NCBI GenBank assembly: GCA_964456305.1
Contig: CAYWAT010000002.1
Span: 1-62,962, forward strand
Length of the DNA: 62,962 nucleotides
Reading direction: 5' to 3'
Origin: an uncultured Polyangiales bacterium
GTDB taxonomy: Bacteria; Myxococcota_A; Polyangia; Polyangiales; CAYWAT01
The notes below the pieces were generated by a model. It had not been told where the DNA came from. It did no database searches and was given only the letters and a program-made list of their open reading frames with translations. The translations under genes and the position numbers were made by a program. Every line of letters begins with the position of its first letter. Position 1 is the first letter of the stretch. This document shows, one piece after another, positions 1 to 10,054 of the stretch.

Positions 1-216
1 GTTGGGTCTCCTCAAGCGACGCCCAATCTAAGTTGCCCTGGCCTGCTCAACAGGAGGGGTTGCAAGTAGCGGATAGACTCCTGAGTGGGCATATCGCTCT
101 CTCGGACTTCGTTGAGATCGACCTACAATCTCACGCAGACCTCTCCCACGACACAGCGCCTGCCTCTCACGCGTAGCGGCAGCACAGGGATACGCATTCG
201 AAAGAAAAAACTAAGT

Positions 217-1056
217 ATGCATAAAGACAGCGTTCAGAAAAACCATAGCGCTACGAGTACAGTGGCGAACTCGGTCAGCGACGTTCAGAGCAGCCCAGAC
301 CTTCGACAGCGTCCTATCAACAAGGTGGGCATCAAGGATATCCGTCACCCGGTGAAGATTGCGGATCGCGGGGGAAGGGAGCAGAGCACCGTGGCCGAGT
401 TCAACATGTACGTGAACTTGCCCCACGATGTTAAAGGGACGCACATGTCCCGGTTCATGGAGATTCTACACAGCCGCGAAAAAGCGATTTCGGTCCAATC
501 CTTTCGGGACATGCTTTTTGAAGTCGCGGAAAGTCTAAACGCGGACGAGAGCTACATCGAAGCACGCTTTCCCTACTTCATGGAAAAGACTGCCCCCGTT
601 TCAGGTGTCCCGAGTCTCATGGACTATCACGTCACCTTCGATGGACAGGTTAAGAACAAGGAGGTCTGCCAACGCACAAAGGTGTTGATCCCAGTGACGA
701 GTCTTTGTCCCTGCTCGAAGAAGATCTCGGCGTACGGGGCCCATAGCCAGCGCAGTCACGTGACGATCACCGCCGAAACCAACGCGTTGGTGTGGATTGA
801 AGAGATTATCGAAGTCGCGGAAAAGCTATCGTCCAGCCAGCTTTACGCAGTCCTCAAGCGACCAGACGAAAAATTCGTCACGGAGCAGGCCTACGACAAT
901 CCCAAGTTCGTCGAAGACTTGGTTAGGGACGTAGCCTTGGCACTGAGTCGTGACAGACGCATCACCAGGTTTGTGGTGGAGGTCGAGAACTTTGAGTCGA
1001 TTCATAACCATTCCGCCTACGCTCTTATCGAGAGTTCCCAAGACAGCGCTGGGTAG
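217..1056 (+). CDS. folE2: GTP cyclohydrolase I type 2 (FolE2 / GCYH-IB)
   Basis: ORF 85..1056. The motifs [18 protein letters not shown] and [21 protein letters not shown] are characteristic of FolE2. The in-frame ATG at 217 (MHKDS...) is preferred over the GTG at 85, whose 44-aa extension is low complexity. Confidence 0.85.
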   Translation: MHKDSVQKNHSATSTVANSVSDVQSSPDLRQRPINKVGIKDIRHPVKIADRGGREQSTVAEFNMYVNLPHDVKGTHMSRFMEILHSREKAISVQSFRDMLFEVAESLNADESYIEARFPYFMEKTAPVSGVPSLMDYHVTFDGQVKNKEVCQRTKVLIPVTSLCPCSKKISAYGAHSQRSHVTITAETNALVWIEEIIEVAEKLSSSQLYAVLKRPDEKFVTEQAYDNPKFVEDLVRDVALALSRDRRITRFVVEVENFESIHNHSAYALIESSQDSAG

Positions 1057-1104
1057 GCGAGCTATCTTGGTGCGTTATCGTCGACACACGCTGAGGAGAG
1101 CCCC

Positions 1105-2670
1105 ATGTCCGAGCCCATAACAAGACGAAAATTCCTCCAGAACGCCGCTACCACCGCCACGGCCGTCCTTAGCATGCCGGTGTTTCTTGAAGCCTGCGGC
1201 GCCTCGATAAATACCGCTGGGGGCACGATGCCCAGTGAACTGAGCAAAGGGAAAAATCCCTTCATCGATATCTTCGGAATCGACGATGGCACCCTTCGGC
1301 GGACCCTCGCGACCCTTAGTGCCCGTGGCGCGGACCATGCCGACCTCTACTTTCAACGCAGCATGTCGAATTCCCTTCGCTACCAGGACGGAATCGTGTC
1401 GCAAGCGAGTACATCCATCGACCTCGGCGTTGGCCTTCGCTGCGTTGTGGGTGATCAAACTGGATATGCATACACGGAGGAGCTCACCGAGAGCGCGATG
1501 CACGCTGCTGCGCAGACCGCTGCCTTGATCGCGCACGGCAAAGCGGTTCCGGGACCTCAGCAGATCCGTCACAGAAAGTTGGGCGGAGGGTTCTACTCAA
1601 CCGAGTTGCCCTGGCGCGATGTCGGCATCGACAAGAAGCTGCCGATCGTTCGACGGGTGGCTGAACTCGCAGAGCGAAGGGATCCCGCGATCAAGAAAGT
1701 CGAGGTCCGCTGGTCGGATGGCGAGTCACGCGTGATGATCGCAACGTTGGACGGCAACGTGGTCTACGATGAGCGTCCCATGGCGAGTATGTCCGTGACC
1801 GTGACCGCAGAAAAGAACGGGAAAACACATTCGAACAGGGCTAATATTGCAGGTCGCCAAGGCCTTGAGTTCTATACCGAAGCGCAGCTCGAGTTAGTGA
1901 CCAAGCAGGCCGTGGATCGCACAATGATTCTCTTCGAAGCAGGCCGCCCACCTGCCGGGGAGATGCCGGTGGTACTCGCCGCGGGCCCCAGTGGCATCCT
2001 GCTTCACGAAGCGATCGGCCACGGCATGGAGGCCGACTTCAACCGCAAGGGCGTGAGCATCTATTCCGAGATGATGGGTAAAAAAGTTGCCGAAGATTTC
2101 GTCACGATTGTCGACGATGGAACGCTGGAGTTCGAGCGCGGTGCGATCAATGTCGATGACGAAGGCAAACCAGCGCAGCGCACGGTGTTGGTTGAGAACG
2201 GACACCTCCGTACCTACATGCACGATCAGATCAGCGCCAAGCAGTATGGGGTCAAGCCAACCGGTTCAGGACGCCGCCAGTCCTTTCGACACGCGCCAAT
2301 GCCGCGCATGCGTTGCACCTTTATGGAAGACGGACCTCACAGTCGAGAGGAGATCATCGCGAGCGTCAAGAATGGAATCCTGGCTGAGACCTTTACCAAC
2401 GGCCAGGTACAGATCGGTGCTGGCGACTACACCTTCTACATCAAGAACGGCTACCGAATCGAAGACGGCAAGGTGACGGAGCCGATCAAAGATATCAACA
2501 TCATTGGCAACGGACCTGAGACCTTGCGCAAGATCACCATGGCAGCGGCCGATGGTCATCTCGATACAGGCGGTTGGACCTGTGGCAAGAGCGGCCAAAG
2601 AGTCCCCGTCTCCCAGGGCATCCCGACGGTTCTTGTCTCTGCGCTCACGGTTGGAGGCGAAAATGCCTGA
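1105..2670 (+). CDS. tldD: TldD-family metalloprotease with twin-arginine (Tat) signal
   Basis: 521 aa. The HEAIGHGMEADF metal-binding motif and overall TldD-like sequence support the call. The N-terminus MSEPITRRKFLQNAATTATAVLSMPVFLEACG has a Tat-type RRxFL motif plus a hydrophobic stretch. Confidence 0.9.
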   Translation: MSEPITRRKFLQNAATTATAVLSMPVFLEACGASINTAGGTMPSELSKGKNPFIDIFGIDDGTLRRTLATLSARGADHADLYFQRSMSNSLRYQDGIVSQASTSIDLGVGLRCVVGDQTGYAYTEELTESAMHAAAQTAALIAHGKAVPGPQQIRHRKLGGGFYSTELPWRDVGIDKKLPIVRRVAELAERRDPAIKKVEVRWSDGESRVMIATLDGNVVYDERPMASMSVTVTAEKNGKTHSNRANIAGRQGLEFYTEAQLELVTKQAVDRTMILFEAGRPPAGEMPVVLAAGPSGILLHEAIGHGMEADFNRKGVSIYSEMMGKKVAEDFVTIVDDGTLEFERGAINVDDEGKPAQRTVLVENGHLRTYMHDQISAKQYGVKPTGSGRRQSFRHAPMPRMRCTFMEDGPHSREEIIASVKNGILAETFTNGQVQIGAGDYTFYIKNGYRIEDGKVTEPIKDINIIGNGPETLRKITMAAADGHLDTGGWTCGKSGQRVPVSQGIPTVLVSALTVGGENA

Positions 2671-3985
2671 TAACGCTGCCTTGCTTGAGGATGCCAAGCG
2701 AGCCGTGGAGCTTGCCAAGAAAGCGGGAGCAGTCGACGCATGGGCGGTCGCGCAGCACGAACGGGCCGCGGATACAGAGTATCGAGACGGCAAGCTCGAA
2801 AAGGTTCAGGAAAGTATCTCCAAGAAGCTCTCGCTTCGCCTCTACGTGAACGGTCGCTACTCAACCCACGAAACGACCGACTTACGTCTCTCCTCGCTTC
2901 GCGCCTTTATCACTCAGGCTGTCGCCCTTACCAAGCATCTCGAAAAGGATCGCTACCGCGAAATCCCCAACGCTACCTTGTTTCGCAATCGACCTGGCGC
3001 GGACTTGGGGATCGTCGACACGCGAGTTTTACAGATCTCACCCGGGGACCGCCTCGCCTGGTGCCAAGAGCTCTACAGCGCGACACGCGGAAGCAGTAAG
3101 GTAATCTCAAGCACGGTTGGCGTCTACGACAGCGCAAGCAGCACAGCCGCCGCAAGCTCCAATGGTTTTTTGGGAACTCACGACACGACGTCTCTATGGA
3201 TGGGAGGCAAGGTCACTCTCAAGGATGCAGGCGACAAGCGTCCACAGGGCTACTACTATGCCGGCGGACCTCGTTTCGACCTATTGCCCAACCGGCAAGA
3301 ACTAGGAGCCTCTGCGCTGCGCGAGGCGACGCGACAGCTTGGAGCCTCCCAAGGGCCTACCAAGCGCACGACCATGATCGTGGAAGCACGGGTTGCAGGT
3401 CGCTTATTGTCCCGTCTACTCCGCACCGCGACAGCATACTACTTTAGTCAAGATCAGACCTTCTGGAAGGACTCCATCGGCAAAGCAGTAGTCTCGAAGA
3501 AGCTATCGGTGACGGATGAGCCCCTGCTCCACGGCGCGAGTGGATCGCGTCATTTCGACGGTGAAGGGATCAGCGCGCGTTCTCTTCCCATCATCGATAA
3601 AGGCGTGCTCGCCAACATCTACGTGGATACCTACTACGGCAAGAAGATTGCGATGACGCCAACCACGGGCAGTCGGTCGAACTGGGTGCTTCCGGCCGGA
3701 GACCACTCACGTGATCAATTGGCGAAAGACGTGGGCAACGGAATCCTTGTCACGTCATGGCTGGGTGGCAACGCCGACGCGACAACGGGTGATTTTTCCT
3801 TCGGTGTACGGGGCCACCTCATCGAACAAGGCAACCTAACAAGACCTGTCAGCGAAATGAATGTCACCGGCAACTTACTCGACCTATTCAAGAAACTCGT
3901 TGCTCTAGGCAACGACCCCTGGCCCTACGGCTCCACGCGAACGCCCACGCTCGTCTTCGAGAATGTGCAGTTCAGCGGGGTGTAG
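2663..3985 (+). CDS. pmbA: PmbA/TldE-family protein (TldD partner)
   Basis: ORF 2504..3985. The ATG at 2663 (MPDNAALLEDAKRAVELAKKAG) overlaps the tldD stop (2668-2670), indicating coupling. The C-terminal GDFSFGVRG motif is typical of PmbA/TldD-fold proteins. No signal peptide is visible. Confidence 0.85.
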   Translation: MPDNAALLEDAKRAVELAKKAGAVDAWAVAQHERAADTEYRDGKLEKVQESISKKLSLRLYVNGRYSTHETTDLRLSSLRAFITQAVALTKHLEKDRYREIPNATLFRNRPGADLGIVDTRVLQISPGDRLAWCQELYSATRGSSKVISSTVGVYDSASSTAAASSNGFLGTHDTTSLWMGGKVTLKDAGDKRPQGYYYAGGPRFDLLPNRQELGASALREATRQLGASQGPTKRTTMIVEARVAGRLLSRLLRTATAYYFSQDQTFWKDSIGKAVVSKKLSVTDEPLLHGASGSRHFDGEGISARSLPIIDKGVLANIYVDTYYGKKIAMTPTTGSRSNWVLPAGDHSRDQLAKDVGNGILVTSWLGGNADATTGDFSFGVRGHLIEQGNLTRPVSEMNVTGNLLDLFKKLVALGNDPWPYGSTRTPTLVFENVQFSGV

Positions 3986-4125
3986 ACTCAGTTCGTCGAG
4001 CCGTCATCTTGGAGAGGTCTTATTCGTTCGGGCCAAAACGTGCATTGCTTTGGCGACATGGGCTGCCTCCGAATTATCGAGCGGCGTTCTTGACCGAACG
4101 TTCAATAATAGTTATCTTATTGTTT

Positions 4126-4713
4126 ATGGGTCGTCCGCGTGAATACGATGAGGAGGAAGTTCTCGAAGAGGCCATGTTGCTGTTTTGGTCGACTGGCTAC
4201 GAGGCAACCAGCATGAGCCACCTCGTGGAAGCGACGGGCTTGGCCAAAGGGAGTCTCTATCAGGCGTTCGGCGACAAACAGAAGCTTTTTCTCGAGGCTC
4301 TCGAGCGTTACCTCACACGGGGCCGGCAATACCTTCGCGAGTGTTTGGGCAGTGCGGAGAGCGGATACGCTGGCCTAAGCAACTGGATGCTCGAAAATGC
4401 TCGGCAGTCTACATGCAGTGGCATTCGCAAGGGGTGTTTTGCCGTTAATACAGCTGTGGAGCTCGCACCTCACAACCCAGTAGCTCGCAAGGTCCTGCAA
4501 GCGCATGAGCGAAAGATGGAGCAGCTCTATGAAGCGTGTATTGTTCGTGGCCTCGAAGACGGAAGCCTTTCCAGCTCAGTAGAGCCCGCGGCTTGTGCGC
4601 GATGGATCACCACGACGATCTACGGTTTACAGATTCGAGCCAAGCTCGGCATGACCCACAAGCAGGGCATTGAAACGGTCAAACAGGCTCTTGCTTCAAT
4701 CGCCTCAGGATAA
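4126..4713 (+). CDS. TetR/AcrR family transcriptional regulator
   Basis: ORF 4009..4713. From the ATG at 4126 the N-terminus MGRPREYDEEEVLEEAMLLFWSTGYEATSMSHLVEATGLAKGSLYQAFGDKQKLF is a classic TetR HTH. Confidence 0.85.
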   Translation: MGRPREYDEEEVLEEAMLLFWSTGYEATSMSHLVEATGLAKGSLYQAFGDKQKLFLEALERYLTRGRQYLRECLGSAESGYAGLSNWMLENARQSTCSGIRKGCFAVNTAVELAPHNPVARKVLQAHERKMEQLYEACIVRGLEDGSLSSSVEPAACARWITTTIYGLQIRAKLGMTHKQGIETVKQALASIASG

Positions 4714-4731
4714 GCCTCTTTTTTTGCACAA

Positions 4732-4753
4732 TTTACGACCAACCGGTCATAAA
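4732..4753. promoter_or_regulatory. Inverted repeat TTTACGACC-N4-GGTCATAAA (candidate TetR operator)
   Basis: Two 9-bp arms with one mismatch lie in the 75-bp gap between the TetR gene and the SDR gene, 36 bp upstream of the SDR ATG at 4789. Confidence 0.4.
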
Positions 4754-4788
4754 CATAGAAAACCACATAAACCGAAGGAAAAACAAAA

Positions 4789-5547
4789 ATGACAACAACA
4801 CATACAAACAAGACCTACCTCGTAACTGGCGGAACCACGGGAATTGGGGCCGCAACCGCTCGATACTTAGCCGAAGCTGGCGCAAGAGTAATCGCCACGG
4901 GGCGTTCCCCAGAAACGCTAGAAGCCGCAAAGAGAGCTGCACCGGCCAACGTTGAAATAATCGCGTCGGACGCCGGCGATTTGGCGGCGATCCAGAGCCT
5001 CGTCGAGCACCTCAAGACAAACTACGGCTCCATTGACGGCGCCTTTGTCAACGCTGGTATCGCTCCCTTCGCTCCGTTGGAGAACTGGACCGAAGAGCAG
5101 TTTGATGTCCTGTTCAACGTGAACGTTAAGGGACCGTTCTTCCTCGCCAAGAGCCTCGTCCCCATACTCAACCAAGGTAGCGCCATTGTTTTCAACACCT
5201 CGATGGTTCACGCCATAGGCATGGGCACGGCCGCGGCGTATGGTGGGACAAAGGGCGCTCTTCGGTCCATCGTCCGCTCACTCTCCGTAGAATTGGCTGA
5301 GAAAGGGATTCGCGTGACCGCTGTGGCGCCAGGTCCTATTGAGACACCAATCTACGGCAAACTCGGCATGGACAAAGAGCAACTCGAGGGCTTTGCAGCC
5401 CATGTGGTGAGCCGCGTGCCGATGAAGCGATTTGGCACTGCCGAGGACATCGCTGAAGCCACGGGCTTTCTGCTCAGCAGTAGTGCTCGCTTTATCACCG
5501 GCGAAGAACTGGTTGTGGACGGCGGCTGGGTGAACAACGTCGTCTAG
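4789..5547 (+). CDS. SDR family (short-chain dehydrogenase/reductase) oxidoreductase
   Basis: 252 aa. It has the TGGTTGIGAATA Rossmann motif, an NAG motif (FVNAGI) and a C-terminus typical of classical SDRs. Confidence 0.85.
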   Translation: MTTTHTNKTYLVTGGTTGIGAATARYLAEAGARVIATGRSPETLEAAKRAAPANVEIIASDAGDLAAIQSLVEHLKTNYGSIDGAFVNAGIAPFAPLENWTEEQFDVLFNVNVKGPFFLAKSLVPILNQGSAIVFNTSMVHAIGMGTAAAYGGTKGALRSIVRSLSVELAEKGIRVTAVAPGPIETPIYGKLGMDKEQLEGFAAHVVSRVPMKRFGTAEDIAEATGFLLSSSARFITGEELVVDGGWVNNVV

Positions 5548-5734
5548 CGCAGATCCGTCTAGTCGACTTGGATCGAAACGCCCTCGACACCATCAACGCT
5601 GCGCTACGTAGCGATTCGGTCGGTGTCGCGGGCGTGCAGATTCTGGCCGCGGTTGTTTACCATAGTGTCGGTAAGAAATCGCGACATCAACGATTGCAAT
5701 CGCTAATTGAAGCCCCCGGATTCCGAGAGACTAT

Positions 5735-6727
5735 TCAGCGCCGACAGAATCGTTGGCGATAATTGCTTGGTGCGACGTTGACCACGCGGTGGAACGAACG
5801 CCGCATCGAGTCAGCACTTCCGAATCCACATGTGGCTGCGATGGCATCAAGCGAGAGCTCGGTGTCTTCCAGGTATCTTCGGGCGGCCTCTACTCGAAGC
5901 TTATCGACAAAGGCAGCAGGAGTCTCTCCAACCGCCTTGCGGAACACACGAGAGAAATTGCGCGGGCTCATGCGAGCACGCTGCGCCATTGACGCAACGG
6001 AAAGGTCGGCGCTGAGGTTGTCGGAGGCCCATGAGACCAGCTCACTGATGGCGTCCTCTTCGACGTGCTGGGATTCCAAGGTGGCGCTGAACTGTGACTG
6101 TCCACCCGGCCGTCGCATGAAGACGACCAAGCGCCGCGCACAACGGAGTGCCAAATCTCGCCCCAAATCCTCCTCCACCAGGGCAAGCGCGAGATCGATA
6201 CCAGCCGTCACACCCGCCGATGTGTAGACGTTACCATCCTTCACGAAGATCGCGTCGGCTTGGACGTTGGTGTCCGGAAAGCGCTCAGAGAACTCCTTGG
6301 ATGCCTGCCAGTGGGTCGTCGCCTTCCTTCCATCAAGAAGTCCGGCCATCGCAAGGAAGAACGCGCCACCGCAAATGGACACGATGCGTCGAGATCTACG
6401 TGATAGGCGACGAATGAGCTTAGCTGGCTCGCCCGACGAATCGATCGTTAGGCGCAGATCAGCAGCTGGAACGATCAGGGTGTCGATAGCGCCGCGACAG
6501 GTCGTTGCATCGCGTTGGCTCGCGATAGATACGCCACCGTCAGAGCGGATCATGGCAGCGCCGTCTCCGCTGGCCAGCTCCAACCGGTAAGGCGAGACGC
6601 TACCGCCAAAGAGCCTGTTCGCCTGTAGGAAGACCTCCCATGGCCCAGTCAGGTCGAGAAGGGAAACTCGCGGAAATGCGAGGAAGACGAGGCGGCGAGC
6701 AGAACTAGAGCTGGGCAGGGTCTTCAA
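5735..6727 (-). CDS. GlxA-family regulator (DJ-1/PfpI domain + AraC-type HTH)
   Basis: 330 aa. The N-terminal half is DJ-1/PfpI-like (IVSICGGAFFLAMAGLLDGRKATTHW). The C-terminal half is an AraC HTH (MSPRNFSRVFRKAVGETPAAFVDKLRVEAARRYLE). Confidence 0.85.
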   Translation of the reverse strand: MKTLPSSSSARRLVFLAFPRVSLLDLTGPWEVFLQANRLFGGSVSPYRLELASGDGAAMIRSDGGVSIASQRDATTCRGAIDTLIVPAADLRLTIDSSGEPAKLIRRLSRRSRRIVSICGGAFFLAMAGLLDGRKATTHWQASKEFSERFPDTNVQADAIFVKDGNVYTSAGVTAGIDLALALVEEDLGRDLALRCARRLVVFMRRPGGQSQFSATLESQHVEEDAISELVSWASDNLSADLSVASMAQRARMSPRNFSRVFRKAVGETPAAFVDKLRVEAARRYLEDTELSLDAIAATCGFGSADSMRRSFHRVVNVAPSNYRQRFCRR

Positions 6728-6868
6728 TCCATCATCCCTTCAAATGGCAGAATATGTCGGATGAATGTCATTTACGCCATGAGTGATGTTAACCACACTC
6801 CTGCTCACGTCGCGGTCCTTCGACTCGACCGCTGAACGAAGGCCACCACCGAGGAGAAGACGATAGTT

Positions 6869-7288
6869 ATGACTGAAACCGAATCTACCGCCGCGAATGA
6901 GAGTAACGTGCAGAGGGCGCCCTTTGACTTGCCAACCATACACAAGGGGCAGAAGCTGGGGGTCGCCATGCTCCTCTACCCCGGCGTGACCCTCTTGAAC
7001 TTGCTTGGGCCTCAGACCCCTCTGGCACCTTCCTGCAACACCTATCTGATTTGGAAGAATATCGATCTGCTCGAGACGGACAGCGGTGTGGTCATGAAAG
7101 CGACGTCGACCTTCGACGATTGTCCCAAAGAGTTGGACGTGCTGTTCGTACCGGGAGGAGCGTTCGGTGTCATGGAAAACGATGAGGTGCTTCGGTTCCT
7201 TGCTGACCGGCGGCCGCGGCCGCGGTACGTTAAGCCTACGCTGCCCAGAGCAGCTAAGAATATGGCGGACTATAGACCGCTCGCCTGA
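6869..7288 (+). pseudogene. Truncated DJ-1/PfpI family gene (N-terminal ~115 aa only)
   Basis: LGVAMLLYPGVTLLNLLGP...LDVLFVPGGAFGVMENDEVLRFLADR matches the first half of DJ-1/PfpI proteins. Similarity is lost near 7205-7230 at a (CGGCCG)2 simple repeat, before the nucleophile-elbow Cys region. The frame ends at 7288. Confidence 0.6.
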
Positions 7289-7351
7289 GCCGAGCGGTGC
7301 GATACTGTCGTGCGGTTTAACACGCGAACCTGATACCTCGAGGCTTAGCGA

Positions 7352-8149
7352 ATGGAAATACTCAACGCGTGGACAGTGACTCGAGTCGTAAAGCTAGTCG
7401 CTCTGGCATGGTTCGTTCTGGGACTCAGCGGCTCGACTTTGCCTGCTTCGCGCGGTGTTCGCCTTCGGGCGACCTATTTGATTATGGTACCGGGATTCGT
7501 TGCAACCTACGGCACAGGCTGGCTCTTGATGAAGACAAGCGGTCGAAGCTTACTCACTCCGTGGCTTCTCGCTAGCGTCATCGCAGGCGCTTCAGCCTTT
7601 CATCTCGGCTTTCTTGTGAGTCATCGCGAGAAGCCGCGGCGCGTGACCACCATGCTGGCATGGGGCAGCCTCGCCGTTGCGATCGCCCTCATGAGCCTGC
7701 GGCCGGTCGGTGCCTTCATGATTGCAGGGGTGGTGATCGCGGGCCTCATTGTGGGCGCCTTGGCCAGCTTGCCCGCCTATCGAATCCCGACCCTCGCCTC
7801 GGACGACCGCGATGAGGTATGGAGAGGGCTACGCTGGATCACCTGGTTCGAAGCCGGCTCTCTTCTTCTCGTACTTGCGGCGATGCCATTGCGCCGCGCC
7901 CTAGGCTTCAGTCTCGATGACGGCACGGGGCTCGTCGGGTGGACGCACGGCGTGCTTGTGTTGGTCTTCATCCAGTCACTAAGCTCGGCGGTGCGTCTCT
8001 TCAGGTGGCCGCGCTCTGAGATTGCTTGGGGGATTCTCAGCGTAGTCGTCCCTGGAGCAGGCTTCTGGCTCGAGCGCCGAATGAGCCGTCGATTCGTGTC
8101 TGAGGCAGAGTCTCGAGAACGGGTGGAGCGAGACCGGATAGAGAATTAG
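7352..8149 (+). CDS. Integral membrane protein with C-terminal DUF3817-like domain
   Basis: 265 aa with about 8 hydrophobic segments. The C-terminal part LRWITWFEAGSLLLVLAAMPLRRALGF...GWTHGVLVLVF resembles DUF3817 (YdzA-like) proteins. Confidence 0.6.
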   Translation: MEILNAWTVTRVVKLVALAWFVLGLSGSTLPASRGVRLRATYLIMVPGFVATYGTGWLLMKTSGRSLLTPWLLASVIAGASAFHLGFLVSHREKPRRVTTMLAWGSLAVAIALMSLRPVGAFMIAGVVIAGLIVGALASLPAYRIPTLASDDRDEVWRGLRWITWFEAGSLLLVLAAMPLRRALGFSLDDGTGLVGWTHGVLVLVFIQSLSSAVRLFRWPRSEIAWGILSVVVPGAGFWLERRMSRRFVSEAESRERVERDRIEN

Positions 8150-8175
8150 TCCTTGGCTATGCCTTCAGAAAAAAA

Positions 8176-8205
8176 CGCCGTCGAGGTAACTTGCGATGGT
8201 GTTTT
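8176..8205 (+). terminator. Rho-independent terminator-like hairpin
   Basis: CGCCGTCG (8176-8183) pairs with CGATGGTG (8194-8201), giving 8 bp including 2 G-U in plus-strand RNA. TTTT follows at 8202-8205. The hairpin lies 27 bp after the stop of the 7352..8149 gene. Confidence 0.45.
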
Positions 8206-8210
8206 CGTGT

Positions 8211-8234
8211 AGCGCCCCCGGGAGGATTCGAACC
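8211..8234. repeat. 24-bp exact duplicate of the 3' end of tRNA-Arg(CCT) (att-like direct repeat)
   Basis: AGCGCCCCCGGGAGGATTCGAACC at 8211-8234 is identical to 8345-8368, which covers the last 22 nt of the tRNA plus 2 nt. No cloverleaf can be built around the first copy. Confidence 0.8.
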
Positions 8235-8346
8235 CAAACGCGCATCGCGAGTTTGCTCCGAAGCGTGTGAACGAAGTGAACGGTTCAGGTCATGACCTGA
8301 ACCAGCGTAGGTGGGTAGTAACCTACTCGAACCGATAGAAGTTCAG

Positions 8347-8420
<74 letters not shown>

Positions 8421-8815
8421 GTATCAAAAATTTAAGTCTTGATTTTTACTCCCCTCGACAGCCACGCATAGAAGCTTGACTATGCATGGTATATCTTGCC
8501 TGCAACTTCTTCAGCCTGGGTCCACGTGATACTGAGCTTCTGCTACCTATTCAACCGATGAGTTTCAATCGTAACTAGGATGAGCGAAGCAAAAGTCACA
8601 AGAAGAAGGCCGAACTGCTTCGTTGCACTCCAACACTTGCGTCTTCGGCAGTGGCTTTTGGCCATCGTTGAGCACCAGGAGAAAAGACGGCGAGGCCGGC
8701 AATAATCCACGTTCGGGCAATATCCCGTCAGAGCAAACGAACTGCAGAGCTAGAAACACAACCCAGCGACCTACGGAATTCTTTCATGAGGTCCGGGAAC
8801 AACTGGAATTCCGCA

Positions 8816-9492
8816 TCAAATCATCTTCCATAAGCATGACAGAGGCACGGCATGAAAGCCGTCGCCAAAGCGTACGGTAGAGTCTCCATCGTAGAGCACG
8901 ATGGCACCGCCAAAAGATTTCTTAGCTGCGGCTTTTAACTTGTGGAGGCCTTTGAAATCCTGGGCCGTGACCGTTGCAGCAGCCTTTACTTCGATACCGA
9001 ATACTTTGCCGCTGGCTTCGAGAACGATGTCAACCTCTGCCTTGTCCTTATCACGGAAATGGCTGAACGTTACGGGCTCTTCATACTAACTCGCATGACG
9101 CTGTAGCTCTTGGTACACGAAGGTCTCGAGCAAACACCCAAACAGTACGCGGTCATCCCAAAGGCTCTTTGCGCTCAGCCCCATGAGCGTGCAAGCAAGG
9201 CCTGTATCGGTGAGGTGAAGTTTGGGGGTTTTGATGAGACGCTTCTCTCGATGACGGTGCCAAGCGGGCAGTTCGTCTCGGCAACATAGCCCACGGGGTC
9301 GGCTCGGGCCGCTGCACGCTGCACGTCGTCATCGAAGGTGAAGTAGGAAAAGCCTTCTTCATCACCGACCAGGCGCGCCAACGTTGTTTTCCCACATTGA
9401 CGAGGCCCGTGAATCAGCACCACAGGTGAGTCCACTAAGGCTTCGGTAACACGTGGGTGGAGATACCGAGGATAGATGGCGTCGTCGCACAT
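8816..9492 (-). pseudogene. Degraded AAA-ATPase / DUF4143 family gene (frameshifted, internally deleted)
   Basis: The N-terminal fragment is ORF 9175..9492 (YPRYLHPRVTEALVDSPVVLIHGPRQCGKTTLARLV, Walker A). A middle piece is in another frame (LFGCLLETFVYQELQRHAS). The C-terminal piece at 8816..9085 has no start codon (YEEPVTFSHFRDKDKAEVDIVLEASGKVFGIEVKAAATV...). Total length is about 225 codons, versus about 400 for intact family members. Confidence 0.7.
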
Positions 9493-9602
9493 TACGTCCG
9501 TTTGCAGATTTTCTCTCGTCCAATTGCAAATTTTTATTCGTCCATTTGTAAGAAAACAAGGTCAAATCCTGGCTATGGTGAACGTCTCAAAGATCGTTCG
9601 AA

Positions 9603-10054
9603 AGCCATTTTGGCGTCGACGTCGCGGTGGGTGACCCGCTCAGTGCAGAACCTGATGAGACCAAGGGAAGTAATCTGCTTGCATTTGCAAGCATCGAATC
9701 CCCGTCGTTTTATCTCTATCCAATCGCTTCTCACATCGCCGAGAAAAAGACCGAACTCACGAGTGAAGAATTTGCCGGACATCGCTCTTTTGGCGAGCGT
9801 TGGAGAGCTTAACGCCCACCATGTACGCACGGCCTTGGAGCAGACATTTTCTTTTCGCGACACTCATACCTTGCCTCAAGAGCTACCTGAGCCGCCTGAC
9901 CTTTTGGACGGAGTCCTATCGTGCGATGGCCATCTCGGACGATCTCCGCTGGCGCACACTGAAAGACGTTCACACAGCAGCAGCGGCATTTCTGGCCCCC
10001 CTGCTTTCGAAGGCAGGTGAGACGCTGCATTGGTCACCCTCCGAATGGCAGTAG
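9603..10054 (+). pseudogene. Degraded AbiEii/AbiGii-family nucleotidyltransferase toxin gene (5'-truncated, about 2 frameshifts)
   Basis: Three frames carry consecutive AbiEii-like segments. They are FGVDVAVGDPLSAEPDET...YLYPIASHIAEK, then RVKNLPDIALLASVGELNAHHVRTALEQTFSFRDTHTLPQELPEPPD, then WTESYRAMAISDDLRWRTLKDVHTAAAAFLAPLL. There is no AbiEi antitoxin gene nearby. Confidence 0.6.

Noticed and set aside
7208-7225. GCGGCCGC (NotI-like) sequences as a sign of an engineered or cloning junction.
   Set aside because: The context is a simple CGGCCG tandem in GC-rich DNA, with no vector-like sequence on either side. Natural slippage or deletion is the simpler explanation.
8235-8344. A second tRNA or tRNA pseudogene between the two copies of the tRNA-Arg 3' end.
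   Set aside because: Only the T-arm/acceptor 3' half (from GGTTCGAATCC onward) is present at 8211-8234. Upstream sequence cannot form a T stem, anticodon arm or D arm.
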